The notes beneath the pieces were generated by a model, which did not search any database, was not told where the DNA came from, and worked only from the letters and a program-made list of their open reading frames with translations. A stretch of DNA of 63,998 nucleotides, filler included, from Dirinaria sp. TL-2023a (Eukaryota): NCBI GenBank assembly GCA_051941275.1. It is 9 parts of 9 records of this genome, joined end to end, with 100 filler letters (N's around TTAATTAATTAA, not from the genome) between each part and the next. Parts side by side here need not be neighbours in the genome. Positions count along the whole stretch, not along the records: positions 21,492 to 28,538 come from JAVEBF010001374.1; positions 28,639 to 35,681 come from JAVEBF010001375.1; positions 35,782 to 42,810 come from JAVEBF010001376.1; 6 more parts are not named here. One strand, 5' to 3'. The number at the start of each line of letters is the position of its first letter. Position 1 is the stretch's first letter. Position numbers and translations under genes: made by a program. Positions 24,008 through 37,842 of the stretch are shown here, in pieces.

Positions 24008-25280
24008 CACGCCTATTCTTCAACGTGAAGAGCGCTAGTTAGAAGACATTGAGGTTCCGGGAGCTATAGGATCATTGACATATTGTTGTCATTTTCGCCG
24101 CGAAGAAACAGGGTGTTCAAACTCTTTCTCTACGCTGAAACTTGCAGTTGCTTTTCCTGCCCATCGCTGACGCGGCAGTTGCTGCTGCAGGCTTGCTTGA
24201 CTGAGAACTCCGGCATGAAGTGGAATATTGGCAATACAAGTACCGTAAGGATCGTATTCAAACAATGACTCAGTGGCTTCCTTCAATTTGTCGTTTCTGG
24301 GAGAGAGCACATGGCAAATTGGCAAATATTGCCTTACGGCGCAGCTTTTACACCAGACAATGACAATTACCTATCGTCACCCTCCCTGTGCTGTACCTTA
24401 CCTTTAGGCTCGACGGGATTTCAAACACGGAAAGATTATTTGTGCAACTTGCATGGGGGCGTTTCTTGTTTCCTGGTCTTCAGGTCTGGCCCGTTTCCAT
24501 AAGCTTCAAAGTGTGGCTGCACCTCCTTCCTTGCGCAGATCATTGGTTGCTGTATACGCCCTCGACCCTTATATATATATACTCGTACTGTGTCAGTAGT
24601 GTATCTTCTGCCTGTACTCCTCGCCAACAGAAACTCGTCAATCGGAACAACACTATGAACCGTTTATCAAAAGACCCCAATAATATCCTCAATCTACATT
24701 TGGATTCAATATGATCAACGCTTGGGGGAGAAACTTCATTCTATGTCTAGCTTGTCATTAAGGCTCCGAGCCAAAGCACGCACCTGGCTTGCACGGCAAC
24801 AACATGATGTAAGCCCATATTCATATGTAATGCATTGTTCTATGTCAGCGCGGGGTGCACAGTGTGGCAACGCAAAGTCGTCATGCTTGCTGCATAGCTT
24901 GCAAAAATCGTCCAGATGTGGTCGGGTTCAGCAAATGGAAATGACGCCGAATCCTGTGCAAAGAAGAAGACGCCGGTGGCAGAACCAGAGAGAAACACCA
25001 CCAGCCCAGCAGTCGGAGAAATGGAAGATGTACGCAAAGGGGGAATCATCGCAAAATGCCCTGCAAAAGCCATCCATCCCGCCCACGCTTTTCCTCCCAC
25101 CCGATCATACATCACCTTCCCAGCTAGGTGTCGGTGCCTTTGCCATGTAGTGCATGTCGTGAAACGGAGAAGATAAGAGAGAACCGACATCGCATCGCAA
25201 CCGTCGAAGACCCTGATAAACACCCAGAACGCCGCGCCAATGGTTCGCAGCACAATCCAACCCAAGGAGGCGCTTCTTCG

Positions 25281-26936
25281 TCAACGCCCGAGCATGTAGT
25301 CAGGGAATGACCCGCCATGGTTTGCCCATTGATTGCCTTGATTGCCGGCCATGCTACCGCCGGTTGGACTTCTCATCGGCATCCCAAAAGAACTCGCACC
25401 AAAGCCGTTAGCCATCATGTTCGCATGCATTGGGTTGCCCATCCCGTTCATGTTCCCATTCCCTTGGTTTTGGCCAAGTCCGGGTGGAGCAGTCAGCCCC
25501 GGAGGAGGACCGTTAGCGGTAGAGAATGCTGAAATGCTTCCCATTTCATTCATACCAGGCATCGGTCCCTGAGGTGACATGGGGGTCGGCATGCCCATGC
25601 TTCCGGGTTGTCCCGTCCTCACTCCCAGTGGATTCTTGGAGAAGCTCAAACGAATACCGCCCTTAACACTATTGTGGAGGGGGTGACCATAGAGTTCATT
25701 CAAAGCCTTCGTAGCGAACGAGACATCCTCGAATTCTACGAAGCACATGGGGCCGTTCTGTTTTGTCCTGAAACAAAGCCTTTTGTAACCACGTTGCTTC
25801 GAGAACATTGCCTTTAGCTCATCTTCGGACGTATCAATTGGCAAATTGCCCACGTAAAGCGTATTGCAAGGAGGATTCTGATCCGCTGGATTCACAGGAG
25901 GATAATTGTGGCGCTGATAATGCGCATTCGGTAGCTGATATGGCATATTCGGGCCCATATTTGACATGCTTGTTGGCGATAAGGCGGCTGTCGGACTTTG
26001 CATAGGCGGAATCGATCTTGGGGAACCAAAGCCTTGCAGTGGTGGCGAAGTCATACCGTTCGTACTGAGAGACAAGCCGGCAAATCGCGAAGTCGGAAGC
26101 TGGCTGCTCGTAGGACGTCGATTCATAGAGTCAGAAAGATCACTCTTAGCATAAGCGACTGGATCCTTGAGAAGGTCTACAGGCTCGTCATCAGCCCCAT
26201 CTTCTCCGATGACGGCTTTGCCCGATACACGTTGGCGCTCAGGGAAGCCTTGTCCATTGGGCGACTGGGGTGGGAAAAAGCTCTGGAAAGGGGAATTGAT
26301 GTCCGGCGACGGCAATTCGCTTGCGGATAAAGGAGCACCATTTGGCATGTTCATGGATCCATTGCCGGGCGAAATACGATCCATTGGCTGAAAAGCGCCG
26401 TTGTAACGCAAGGACTGGCGCGCAGCTTGTCCGCTGGATGAGTTCGTAGAAGAAGCCGAACTGGTCGCCCCACGATTTGTAGCGTTATCAAAAGTGCCGC
26501 GACGCTGGCCGATACCTCCTGCAGGAGTCAAAGGGAGAACATCAACAATCATGTTGGCTTCATTGGCGCTATTTTGCTTTCCGTCAAGCATATTGCGAGC
26601 CTCATGAGCAGCATTCGATGTTCGGAAGCGTGCGATAGCGGAGAGGTATCCTTTATCATTCGGCGATTCAGTAGGGACAAATTCTGCGCCAATGAAATCC
26701 TTCGCAAACAGCAGCATCGTCCTCACGGCGTCGAGGCTCGTGTGGCGCGGAAGGTTCCGTATGAGAATAGCGGAGGGGCCATCTGCGTCTGCTCGGCCTT
26801 GGTTCATTCCTACGGAAAAATTGTTCGCTTCGACACCGGACTCGAAAGGGCTGATCTGGTTTCTCGATTGCGCTGTCGGCACCCTGAATCCATACTGGTT
26901 AGACCCACTGGTGTTGACAAAGGTTTCAGCTGCCAT
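25281..26936 (-). CDS. RRM RNA-binding protein, Whi3/Whi4/Scw1 family
   Basis: NPADQNPPCNTLYVGNLP...GPMCFVEFED...GGIRLSFSKNPLG signature; intronless 551 aa. Confidence 0.92.
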   Translation of the reverse strand: MAAETFVNTSGSNQYGFRVPTAQSRNQISPFESGVEANNFSVGMNQGRADADGPSAILIRNLPRHTSLDAVRTMLLFAKDFIGAEFVPTESPNDKGYLSAIARFRTSNAAHEARNMLDGKQNSANEANMIVDVLPLTPAGGIGQRRGTFDNATNRGATSSASSTNSSSGQAARQSLRYNGAFQPMDRISPGNGSMNMPNGAPLSASELPSPDINSPFQSFFPPQSPNGQGFPERQRVSGKAVIGEDGADDEPVDLLKDPVAYAKSDLSDSMNRRPTSSQLPTSRFAGLSLSTNGMTSPPLQGFGSPRSIPPMQSPTAALSPTSMSNMGPNMPYQLPNAHYQRHNYPPVNPADQNPPCNTLYVGNLPIDTSEDELKAMFSKQRGYKRLCFRTKQNGPMCFVEFEDVSFATKALNELYGHPLHNSVKGGIRLSFSKNPLGVRTGQPGSMGMPTPMSPQGPMPGMNEMGSISAFSTANGPPPGLTAPPGLGQNQGNGNMNGMGNPMHANMMANGFGASSFGMPMRSPTGGSMAGNQGNQWANHGGSFPDYMLGR

Positions 26937-29900
26937 GCTGTAGGGTGAACTCCTCGGGCAATTGGAGTGAACAGCAAGGACCGCAGCCAGAAGTCCGTAG
27001 TAAAGTCAATTGCTCAGTCAGACGGCTCTCCACGATATCCGACGACTTGGACGGCAAACAGTCGGGTTCATATGATCATAACGCGTCACCTGGGTCTTCC
27101 TATTACGAGTCTGTCTGCGGCCAATATACCGAGCGCGGCGACTTCAGGATGGATAGAAGGCAGCACTGCGACCCTGGCCTGGAACGGATTTGAACGAGAG
27201 ACTTGCGCGTCGATGAGATAGTACTGGTGGAGGATTTCTAAGTCAGCATCAACGGCGCGCGACCCAGAATAAAGTAGATTTTTAGGGATGGGAAAGGTAC
27301 CGCATACAAGGTTTAGACCGTTGCGGACGCGCGCGGAGGTTTGCACAAGGAGCCTGGGGAAGCTTCCAATGGATGATTGCCGGAGGATGCAAGATGGCAG
27401 AACAAGTGGAAAGTCAATCGCTGGTGGCCAGAGATGGTCATCTGTGAGCTGGAGTGGGCAGTAGGTGCGCTTGAGGGAGGTTTCGCATGCGCCTTGTGAA
27501 AATGCGACCGGGCGGGGAAAGAACGAGGAAAGATAGTACTTCTATGGATTGGCGAGCTTGACAGGCAGGGGTGTTGTCGAATAGCGCGTCGCTGATAACG
27601 AAAGAACGAGCTTGATTCGCGCAATGTGGGGGGGTGGGAAGGGGGAGAATGGAAAGAGAAGGCTTCAGTGAGGGGGAAGCAGGTCAAAGGGCGAAATTGA
27701 TATTCTTCTGAATGTGGGTTAAATTTTGATCGTTTTGGAAGTGAGTAAGACGGAGGAAAGAATGAAGTAAGGTAAGGCAGGTAAGGTCGGGTAGGGTAAG
27801 TTGAGTACCTAGATACTTTGGTTTGGATTTTTAGCAGTGCTGGAAGGGGTGTGTCGAGGGTGTGTTTTAGAAAGAAGAGAACAGGGTGGTGGTTCCTAGT
27901 GGGTGCTGTGGACTGTAGTGGGCTGGTGGGCTGTCGAGAGCCGTTGGGGAGCTGCGGGTTGATTGGTCCGTGTCCGACCCAATGCGATTGTTAGCGGGGA
28001 ATTTTAGTGAGAAGCCAATCGTTCCCGCACGACGATCTCGATTGCCAGGTACGAGGACGAGGACGAGTCCGAAGGGGTTAAGGTAGGGAAAGAAATTCTT
28101 GAGTCGGGATGATTTTCCGAGACAAAAGAAAAGAATAATGGGAAAAGACGGATAATCGATCAAGAAGGAGGAAGACTGGAGGGAAAGTGGGAGTGTGTGG
28201 AGTGGAAAAGAGAGAAAAGGTGATTTATCAGGTAAAGTACTGTACTACCGTAAAGTGTAACATGTGAAGGAATCGCAGTGTGAACGGCAGCCCAGAACAA
28301 GACAGTACGCTGATTGGCCTGGAGAGATAAGTATCCTGGACATAGGGCGCATTCACCCAATTCACCCCATGAATATTCAACCACTCCCTCTCTCCCTCTC
28401 TCCCTCTCTCCCTCTGTCCCTCTGTCCCTCTGCAAAATGCCCCCTACGGAAGTACGGAGTTGCGTGGTGATGGCGTTACGGTGGGGCTTGATTTGGTGGG
28501 ATCAAAAAATCACCTTATCAATAATAATGCATTCCGGTNNNNNNNNNNNNNNNNNNNNNNNNNNNNNNNNNNNNNNNNNNNNTTAATTAATTAANNNNNN
28601 NNNNNNNNNNNNNNNNNNNNNNNNNNNNNNNNNNNNNNCCCTTCGCAGCTTCTGTTTTCCTGCTTCCCTTCCCAACATGCCCGTAGTGCAGGCATTCTTG
28701 GGGAGCGGCATCAAACACCCATTATTTCCTTCCACAAAGAAAATTAAAGCTTCCTTAGAAGAGAAAATGCATGGTGCACGCACAGTCCATTTGCTCTTTC
28801 CTGCTGAGCGGCAGTCTACCGTTTTTGCGCCATGACATAAGGTAAGGTAGGTAGGGTAGGTAGCTCCAACAACAAGGTAATTTCTCAGAGCGGCTGAGAC
28901 ACATTATTTGCCCTTACGCGTTGCTTTGTCCTCTTCAGCTTTCACCACTACTGCCCATCGTGCCGGCTTAATCTGCTGGGCATTGACCCATCATTGCCGT
29001 CCTCGCGCAGCTGAGTTCCTTCCTTACATGATATTCCCCTTTAAAGTTCTTTCAAGCGATCTGCGCCGCCGTTACATGCAATAATGCCCACTCACCAAAA
29101 GTAAGCCCGGGCTGCCAAAAAATGATAACGGATCACGTGGGTTTCCCGATTGGGCTGGGAATTAGGGTTTGAATAGATTTCTCCGGTGATTTAAGGTACC
29201 TGTGGTACCTTAGACGTACACTTACCTTACCTTGGGTACCATATCTCACTTCAATAATCGGCAGCAAAGTACAACTCCACGAGTCCGGCAATATTTGGCT
29301 TTTCCTGGATCTCATTTGGGTATCCCGTCCTCCTTGACCAAGCTTATAGACATCTACTATGAGCCATTGTTGGAAGCAGCTAATCCAGCAGATCGAGCTC
29401 TGGCTCCGACTCTGACCCAAAAATCGTTATTTTAGACTAATGTATGGGCTGTATACTGACTCGCTTGCAAATATGCAGGTCAAATGAATCTCAGAAGGAT
29501 CGGTTTCAAGAATTTGGCTGTTCCGAAGTCAGCTTGTGGAGCGGAGCATTATTGCTCTAACTATCTCTTCCTTCAGTGTCTGTTTTCTGGCCTGGTAATA
29601 CTTCGTTTGGCTCAGGTACGGTCGTGACCGAACGAGTCAATTTTTGGATATCTTCAATTCAGGACTTGACGAATGTGTTGTAAAATATTTGGCATGCTCA
29701 AGTTTGACTGTCTGAGTGTCCATCTCCTAGAAACACAGGTGTTTAGATCATTCAAAACTTCCGTACGTCAGCGAACACGAAATCAACCCAACAAGATAAC
29801 TTTCCTGCGACAATTTTATACTTGAAGTCATATGAAAAGGGCGCACAGATCTCTAATAACCCAGAGGCATACCTTACTGCTGACGGTGATATCCAACTGC

Positions 29901-30125
29901 CATTAATATTCCGCAATATCCGCAAAGTCCGGCTTAGCTCAGCAGTACTGCGATCGGTAATCGGTCCGTCTTTCCACTATACCTCCTGTACTTATCTTAC
30001 AAAGAAGAGGTACCACGTTCAGCTTGTCCATACTTGTCTGTGCTCTGCGCCTGCGGTACCTGGAGTATCGCTGGAGGCTGACCAGCACCAGTCAAGGCCA
30101 GTGGTGATGCGGAAAGCCTAGGGTG

Positions 30126-33100
30126 ATGTCACTTACCATATACGTAGCTCATACAGGATTGCGACTAGTTGCAGACTCTCGAAAAGTCTCCTCGTAAGCG
30201 TGCGCCTCCTCGTCCATGAGCAGTAGGTTGCTGATAACTTCCACAGTATTGAACAACTGCAGTCATGGGTTTCCCAGAAGGCCTCTATAGATACTTCCAA
30301 CCAGATACTGATGACTGCTCGGGGAAAGCAGGTCAAGCCACAGACGTTGCTGCAAGAGGTAATCAAACCCTAATATCCAGCTGTGCACCGGCTAATTTGA
30401 GAGGAAGACTGAGATATTTGTATACGATAGGCAGATACTGTCACCATCTGCTACAAGAAGCACAAGCGCCCTCCTACCGGTAGCGCGAACTCCTCCAACT
30501 TACAATCTTGGCGAACCTCCTCAGAACTCTACAGAGAGCAAAACCTTTCAAGCATGGCAGATTTTGTTCAAGCAGCGGAGAGCCTGGGCCCTCGAAGTCG
30601 TCGATGTCACTGGGCACTTGGTCGAGGAAGTGAAGGGCGTCGATGCAGAAGCAGGCATAATCCAACGCAGCGCCGCAATTGCGGTCGAGAATGTTAAGCA
30701 ACACGTTGGGAGCTTGAGGCCCCGATACGAGGAGTCAAAAGCGTGGGCCGATAGCGTATTGAAGGATCAGACGTTCCTGCTCAACAACTGGGAAAAAGGG
30801 TTAGGAACGCTTGCGCAGATAACGGTTGTTCCTGAACTTGGCCGATGTCTGTCTGGCGGAAATGACGCTTTTCAGGCGCAAAAGCCAAGCAAACTTCCCA
30901 ACACTACAAATACGCTACATGATTTCGTGCATATAGCAGATGTTCGGAAGGCCAGCTCAATTGCCAAGGACATCTCTGATCGCTTTACTAATCGGGTCGA
31001 GGAGCTAGCTAGTTTATTTGAAGACATCGCGCATGACTCTTTCGATGTTGTCGACAATTTTGGTCAAGTTGTTGCCTTGTCAGACAGTGATGTGGGAGAT
31101 CAGGCAATGCGTCTAATGGAAGAGGTCGAAGTTGTGGCGCGGAAAATCAATGCGGACTACGAGCACACCTTGACCCTTTCGAACTCGCAAAAGTCTGTGA
31201 ATGACATGTCCAGAACTGCTTTGTTACACACTCGCAATTTCTTGCCTGCTTTGCAACAGACAAGTGCGGAGATCGATCAGTTGCTCCGGCATAGCATAGA
31301 ACGAGAAAACGACATCATGTCTTCCGCAATCACCTACTTGCAACGAGTCTCATTGATTGAATCATCAATCGCGCAGGTGCACTCTCAACTAGCAGACCTT
31401 GACGTGGATAACGATGAAGGGCAATCCTTTGATCTGCTCAATCATGTTGTTAAGCTTCCTCTCACCTATGGCTTACTTTTGGTTGAATGTATAAGGCGGC
31501 GTGAGTGGACAGAGAAAATGACCGCGGACTCGTCCGCACTTGTTGAGGAAGTTGCGGTATTCAAAGACGAAGAGGCCAGGAGACGGAAGAAATGGGCGAA
31601 AGACTTTGGTGAAGCAGTCGATCTTGCGTCTATAGATGATATGGCGCTTGGTATTGATATCAACTTACAAGCGCAGAAGCAAAAATGGCCGGACGTCAGC
31701 AGGCAAACCCTCACAGAACTGTTGCAAAGTCTGAAAAGAATCGAAGGATCAGAAGATGCATTGCAGATTATTGACAATGAGTTCCAGACCCTGGATGCTC
31801 CTACCAAACAGCAAACACGAAGGGCTAAGGCCTTCAAGAATGGTAGCGTCTATGATGCATCTTTCGGCAAACAGTCACTCTTACTCCGAGGAAACGAGGA
31901 GCTTGTCGAATCATTGAAAAGTGATAACTCGAAACTTGAGGATCGACTGAAGAGTTCGGAAAGCCGGATTCGGAAGTTAGAAGACTTGCTACACAGACAG
32001 ACGCAAACTTCCAGGCCACCAAGCAGCCACGCTTATAATGGAAATGATGGTCCGGCAACTCCCAGGCATGCCTCATCGCCAATCTCACATTATGTGACGG
32101 CAAAACCTCAAGAAAATAATTCCCGTAGATCTTCCTTATCCTCGCGAAGATTACCGAATGAGTTTGAAGAAAGGGCCTTAGCGCAGAGGATAGTGGATCT
32201 TGAAGCTGAACTAGCTGCCATTAAACAGGATGCAGTCTCCAAAGTGAAAGTCGAGGAAGATCTTAAACGTCAAATACAGGAGGCGCTCTCTACTAAAGAG
32301 GATCTTCTGAACAATATGGAAGCGCAGCAGCGAGAGTTTGACGAAGAGCGTCGACTCATAGAAGAAGAAAATGGCAAATTGAAGATCAAACTAGAGGAAG
32401 TGGAGGATGAGATGGACCGCATGCTCGAAAGTAGGGAACAGGACAACCGAGTTCTCGCACTTGAGGGAGAGCTTGAGACATGGCAGAAGAAAGCGGCTAC
32501 CGAAGCTCAGGATGCGCTAGAGCTAGTCGACCGTCTCAGAGGGGAGCACGCTGGACAGCGAGGGAAGGCGGATGCTCTTCAGCGTCAAGTTCAAGAACAA
32601 GACGAGGAGATAGCTCGGTTGTCCCTGCGGTTGCAGAAGCGAGATCTGAGTGCTGCGACCAACCATAGAGCTCTCCGGTCGGTCATGCTCCGATTGTCGC
32701 AAGATAGCGTCGCACCTGAAGACCTAGACTCTTTAGTGGAGACGGTCGAAGAGCTCGCCCAGCAGTCAGCAGCTCATGCGGCGGAGGTCGAGAGAGCTCT
32801 TGAGACTGCTCGCGCTGACACCGCGGCCCTTGAGACACGACTAACAAGCCAAATCGAAGAGGCATCTGAACTCAAAGAGAGACTTAGGTCTGAGGAGTCA
32901 GCGGCATGTTCACTACGAGAGGACCTGGTTGCGCAAAGGCGGCAAGTCACGGCAGTGCAAACCGAGCTCGAAACTGAACGGAGCGAGCACAGTCAGTTAA
33001 GATCCAAATTCGCGAATGACGAGGCAGATGCAGAATCATTACGCGGATTACTGGCCGTCAAAGAGGAGAAGATTGCCGGTTTGACAGGCAAAATCGCTGA

Positions 33101-34670
33101 ACTGGAAGATGGCATTCGAAACCTGGAAAGCTCAAAGATCCAAATGCAGAACAAGCATCGCGAGACTGAACAAAGCCTGGAGCGCACCTTATCAGATCGA
33201 GAAACAGACCATAAGACCTTGCAGCGGAAGCTTGAGTCAGAAGCGACGGAACGACAAGCTAAGGTAGATGAGCTGCAGGACATGCATTCTGCCCTTAAAG
33301 AGGCTTTCGAGACCCGTGGGCTTCGTGCTGAAGAGGTTTCAGGCCGGCTATACGGCCTCAAAAACAGCCTCGGACGCCTCCTTGAGCAGGTAGGCTTCAC
33401 AATCTCAAAACAGGGCAGCACTATGGTCTTTCAGCGAACATCCAAAGCGGCCACTGCTAGTGCCATTCTAAGTGAGCCCTCTTCAATGGTGCGCAGCGTT
33501 TCCGCGTCTCTTCCAGTACAGAGCGCTTTCGATGCTGCGGTTGATTCGAATTTGCCTCTCTGGACTACCGAAAGCAACCCGAAAGCAGAATCGGAACACT
33601 TTGCGACCTTCATGCACGACATTACTAGCTTTGAATCCGAATCTTTCACCGAAGCTATCATCAAACGGATCAAAGATATCGATCACACAGCTCGCAAATG
33701 CTTCAAGGATGCCCGTGCTTATCGTGACAAGTACAAGCGGGTCCAAAGCGAAACACACGAAAAGATTACGGTGCGGGCGTTCAAGGAAGGTGACCTCGCT
33801 CTTTTCCTACCCACCAGGAACCAAGCGACAAAGCCGTGGGCAGCATTCAATGTTGGCTACCCTCACTACTTTCTCCGAGAGCAAGACTCACATAAGCTTC
33901 CTGGGCGAGACTGGCTGCTGGCTAGGATTAACAAGATCGAACCCCGGGTTGTGGACTTGACTCGATCGATGAGTGGTCTTCGGCCTTCTAGCGATGGCGC
34001 AAGTGAAGTTGCCGTGTCCTTCGACGACGAGAACCCTTTTGAACTCTCAGATGGCCTCAGGTGGAACCTTGTTGACGCAGCTGAGGAAAAACTTGGCCCG
34101 CCAATGTCCATTGGCTCAAGCAAATCCACAGTGGCATCAGCAAATGTGGATGCTACCGGTAGCATTCGGATGAAGAAGAGTAAGGATGGCAATGGTGCAA
34201 CGCTTACACTGGCACGGAGCTTGGATAGCAGAAGGAACAGCTCTAATTCGAAAGTGGGGTCCACTGTCAATACACCTCGACCGACAACGGCGACTGATTC
34301 AGAGGATCGACAAGAACCAGATAAGGCTCGGCAAATAGGGGACAATTCAGCAGCAAAGCTATCACAGCCTGCGCCGTTTGATCAAGTACGAGCCGATCTT
34401 CTCTATGGTCCATGATATTCATACTTCCGCTCCGCAGCTGACCGGACAAACTAGACAAACCCCGCCGTCACGACTTCGCCCAATAAGTCCCAGCCCCGAG
34501 CAATATCACCCTCAAAAGCCTCCCATTTAACCGGCTCGCCATCTAAAGCACCCCTACCACCACCATCTAGTCCGACAACCTCTCGTAAATCCTCACCTGA
34601 GAAACCTAAGCCGAAGGCCTGGGATAGTCTCTGGTCCCTTGACTACAACCTTGAAAGCAGGAAGCATTGA
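30126..34670 (+). CDS. ATG11: Autophagy-related protein 11 (selective autophagy scaffold)
   Basis: Start MSLTIYVAHTG at 30126 with two short 5' introns (30194-30246 and about 30359-30406); long coiled coil; C-terminal claw FKEGDLALFLPTRN...WAAFNVG.PHYFL...DDENPFELSDGLRW; unspliced stop at 34415 or spliced end at 34670. Confidence 0.93.
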
Positions 34671-36423
34671 TCTTTCGTGCTGCTTACTTATTACCGATAA
34701 CAACAGATCCCGTGGGTTTGGGGCTTGGAAGATCCTTAGCGAGGCGTATCGGCGGCTTTGTGTTAGGCACTGGTATTGCCGCGACAACTGTACAGATTTT
34801 TTTCTACAACATGGACTATGTACCTTCAAAAGCTCTTGTTGGAATATTGCATTGCATTGCTTTGAGCGAAATTGCTTTGAGCGAACATCTACCCCTCATA
34901 TTTAGTGGGCTTTTTGGAGTCTCGTATTACTTACTACATTGCCAACGTCATCTGCTATTTTACCATGTAGATCATAGGTACATCTATCTGCACATAGTTC
35001 GAATTACATATCTTCGTTCGGGATCAAGAGAGTCTACCTTGGACTGCCATTATAAAGAGTAGTGAGAATTCCCAAGCGCACTACTGCCTATCAGTCGATA
35101 CTGCTAAATAACGAAAGATCTGGGCATGATGCAAGGCCGGCAAGATGTTACGTATATTAGAGTTGTATGTACGTAGGTAACGTTGAAGTCTCAGCTGAAG
35201 GACAAATACATGGTTGGAATCCAAATTCGTATTTGGTAATCATATCGATTCGAACACTGATTCTGCATTTCATACTGCTTTCACACTAAGAGATCCCTCA
35301 AATGGCTTGACGACGACGCAGTGATTCATGCTCCCAATATCTTCTTTCTTATCCTCGTACCATGATCCACACGACTTGAAGGATGAATCGAATCGATGAG
35401 GACTATTCATTGATGTACTGGTTCATCATCATCTCGTTACTACGATTTTTGTTTTGTTAGAGCGCGAGAGGAAGGAATTATAACCCTAACCCTTGTGAAG
35501 TGAGTTTCGTGGATCTTCTTCAGCTCAATAATTCTTCCCGAGCTGCCAGCGTTCACTAAGGATATCGATATATGGAAGGTAATGCTTGGAACTTACTAAA
35601 GGTTACAACAGGAGGGGAAAAAGCGAGAAGCTGGAGCGAGGTCGGTTGCAATGATTGGAAATATTTGGGGGGCGGGGAACGNNNNNNNNNNNNNNNNNNN
35701 NNNNNNNNNNNNNNNNNNNNNNNNNTTAATTAATTAANNNNNNNNNNNNNNNNNNNNNNNNNNNNNNNNNNNNNNNNNNNNGTTGGCCTTTGGGTGCGTC
35801 GGCCATCCTTTTTTTGTGTGTAGGTTAGGGTGGGAGTGGATGGAGATAGGATGTGCGACTTTGGGGAGCTTTGGTGGTTCACAGGTGTGGTGGGAGCGAG
35901 GGTTTGGTGGGAGGTGATCTGCGCTAGGGATTAAGCGAGGGCTGCTAGGCGCCGTGTCGTTACGGAGTTTATATCACGTGCGCATCCATATACCTTAAGG
36001 TACCTAGGATAAGGTATATGAATACAAGTAAAGCCAATGTGCATATCTTTCGCAGCTCTGTCTGTTCTGCTATAGAGTAGCCCAACCTCAGGTATGTATA
36101 CTATGCGTCACAGCAACTCCTCCATAGCCTTGAGATTAGGACTCCGATACAGACAAACATCTCCATAACTGAAACAAATCTGTGTGTCACTAACAAGCAT
36201 CTGCTTGTCTACCTTGACTCACATCTCTCCAATACACATGATCCACCTTTGCAATAATCCTTCGAAATGAGTCCACGCTGCTCATATATAGTCTCCTTCC
36301 CAAAATCCAACCCTTCCGCCCCCAAACCTCTCTTAAACCCCCATTCCCAGCATTCACGGCCCAGTACACAAATTAGAAACCCCACCCAAAAAAAGGAACA
36401 AAACATCATTCAATTCTCCCACA

Positions 36424-37110
36424 ATGCCACTCCTCACCTGCCCCTCCCAACCCCTTAACCTCATCCCCCGAGACTCCTCCACCACGGGCCCATTAACCAG
36501 CGCAAAGATCCAGCACATGAAGAACTGCATCTGCGAACAGCCGTGGTTCAAGCCCGTGCTCATCGTGCTCATCATCATCGTCCTGCTCACGAGCTGTTTC
36601 TGCGTCAAATGTAAGTTCGTTCCCTTCTTGCGCCACCTCTCCCCTACCTTTTCATACCCGAAATGCGCACGACTAACTACAAAAATCGCATTCCGCAAAG
36701 TTTTCTGCCGTACCCCCGAAAATGGCGGCTGGGGCAAGAGCAGCTGTCTGAACTGCTTTCGAAACCGGAAATCAGGGCCTCGCAAACCGGCCAAGAAGAA
36801 AAGTCCGAGTGAAATGGAGATGGGGAGAGGTAGTGGTGGTGGTGGAGGTGGTTTGACGCCGCGATCGCCCTTGCCAACGCATCCTGGGCCTCGGATGCCT
36901 TCGCCACAGAGGTTTGGCCCTAGGCCGCCCGTCAGGCAGCCTAGTCGTGGGAGGCAGCCGGTTGCCGGTGGGATTGGGGGTGGAGGTGGAGACGGTGGAC
37001 AGTCGGGACGAATTTCAGGTGGAAGTGGAAGGCGTGATCAGGAGGGAGCTGCGGGGGTGCAGGCGCCGAATGTGAGGTCGCCGCCTAGAGGGTATCAGCC
37101 TGGACGTTAA
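36424..37110 (+). CDS. Small single-pass membrane protein with Cys-rich juxtamembrane region and Gly/Pro/Arg-rich tail
   Basis: TM segment VLIVLIIIVLLTSCFC; probable 90-nt intron 36611-36700 (GTAAGT...CTAAC...AAG). Confidence 0.55.
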   Translation: MPLLTCPSQPLNLIPRDSSTTGPLTSAKIQHMKNCICEQPWFKPVLIVLIIIVLLTSCFCVKCKFVPFLRHLSPTFSYPKCARLTTKIAFRKVFCRTPENGGWGKSSCLNCFRNRKSGPRKPAKKKSPSEMEMGRGSGGGGGGLTPRSPLPTHPGPRMPSPQRFGPRPPVRQPSRGRQPVAGGIGGGGGDGGQSGRISGGSGRRDQEGAAGVQAPNVRSPPRGYQPGR

Positions 37111-37842
37111 ATGGGATGGGAGGACCTGATTGATTGGTGGTGTTGGGTAGAAAATCAAGCTGTGTGGAGATTGTCATCTGCTCGTTTCAAGGATTAGGAA
37201 ATGGGTACCTTCTGATACGGCATTACACGTACTGAGACAATACATTCATCCATGCACTCCCTCCCTTAAACTCAAAGTCGGTTCAGGACATTTGGCCTCC
37301 TGTGATGGAAAATGCAGATACGAATAACAATCTGTCTGTCTGGAGGGACGAACTTTCCTTTCTAGGCCTGTAGCCTGTCAGATGGAGATGGGGATGGCAA
37401 AACTTTGTTTTTTTTTTTTGAAACTGTGCGCTTGTTCAGATACTGCATGCGAGCCTCACGAAGTAAGGAAGGGTAAGGAATAACGTAAAGCAAAGCATTG
37501 AAATGCGGAGGATGATATGCAAAAGACTCGAGACATGCAGGAATGATGAACGGTAGAATAGTGCATTAAACTAAAGAGTATCTGTTGGCTTTTCAAAGAT
37601 TGACAGGCTCGGCAAATGAAAAGTATACACCCAGGGGTGACATTTGGAACAAATGTGGTAGTGAGAGCCCATCATGGCCGCTCCCATACAGAGAGACGGG
37701 CAACACAATCTATGTTATACAGCAGCTCAGAAGAGGTTTCGCAGTCAAAGGTCCCTGGACGCGATCCAAAGCCGAATAAATTACCTGCGGGCGACAATTT
37801 CTGTCAAGTAAACGCCACTTTGAAGAGAGAGTCGGAAAGAGG

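Noticed and set aside
35481..35493. TAACCCTAACCCT as telomeric repeat
   Set aside because: Only two units, internal to a contig
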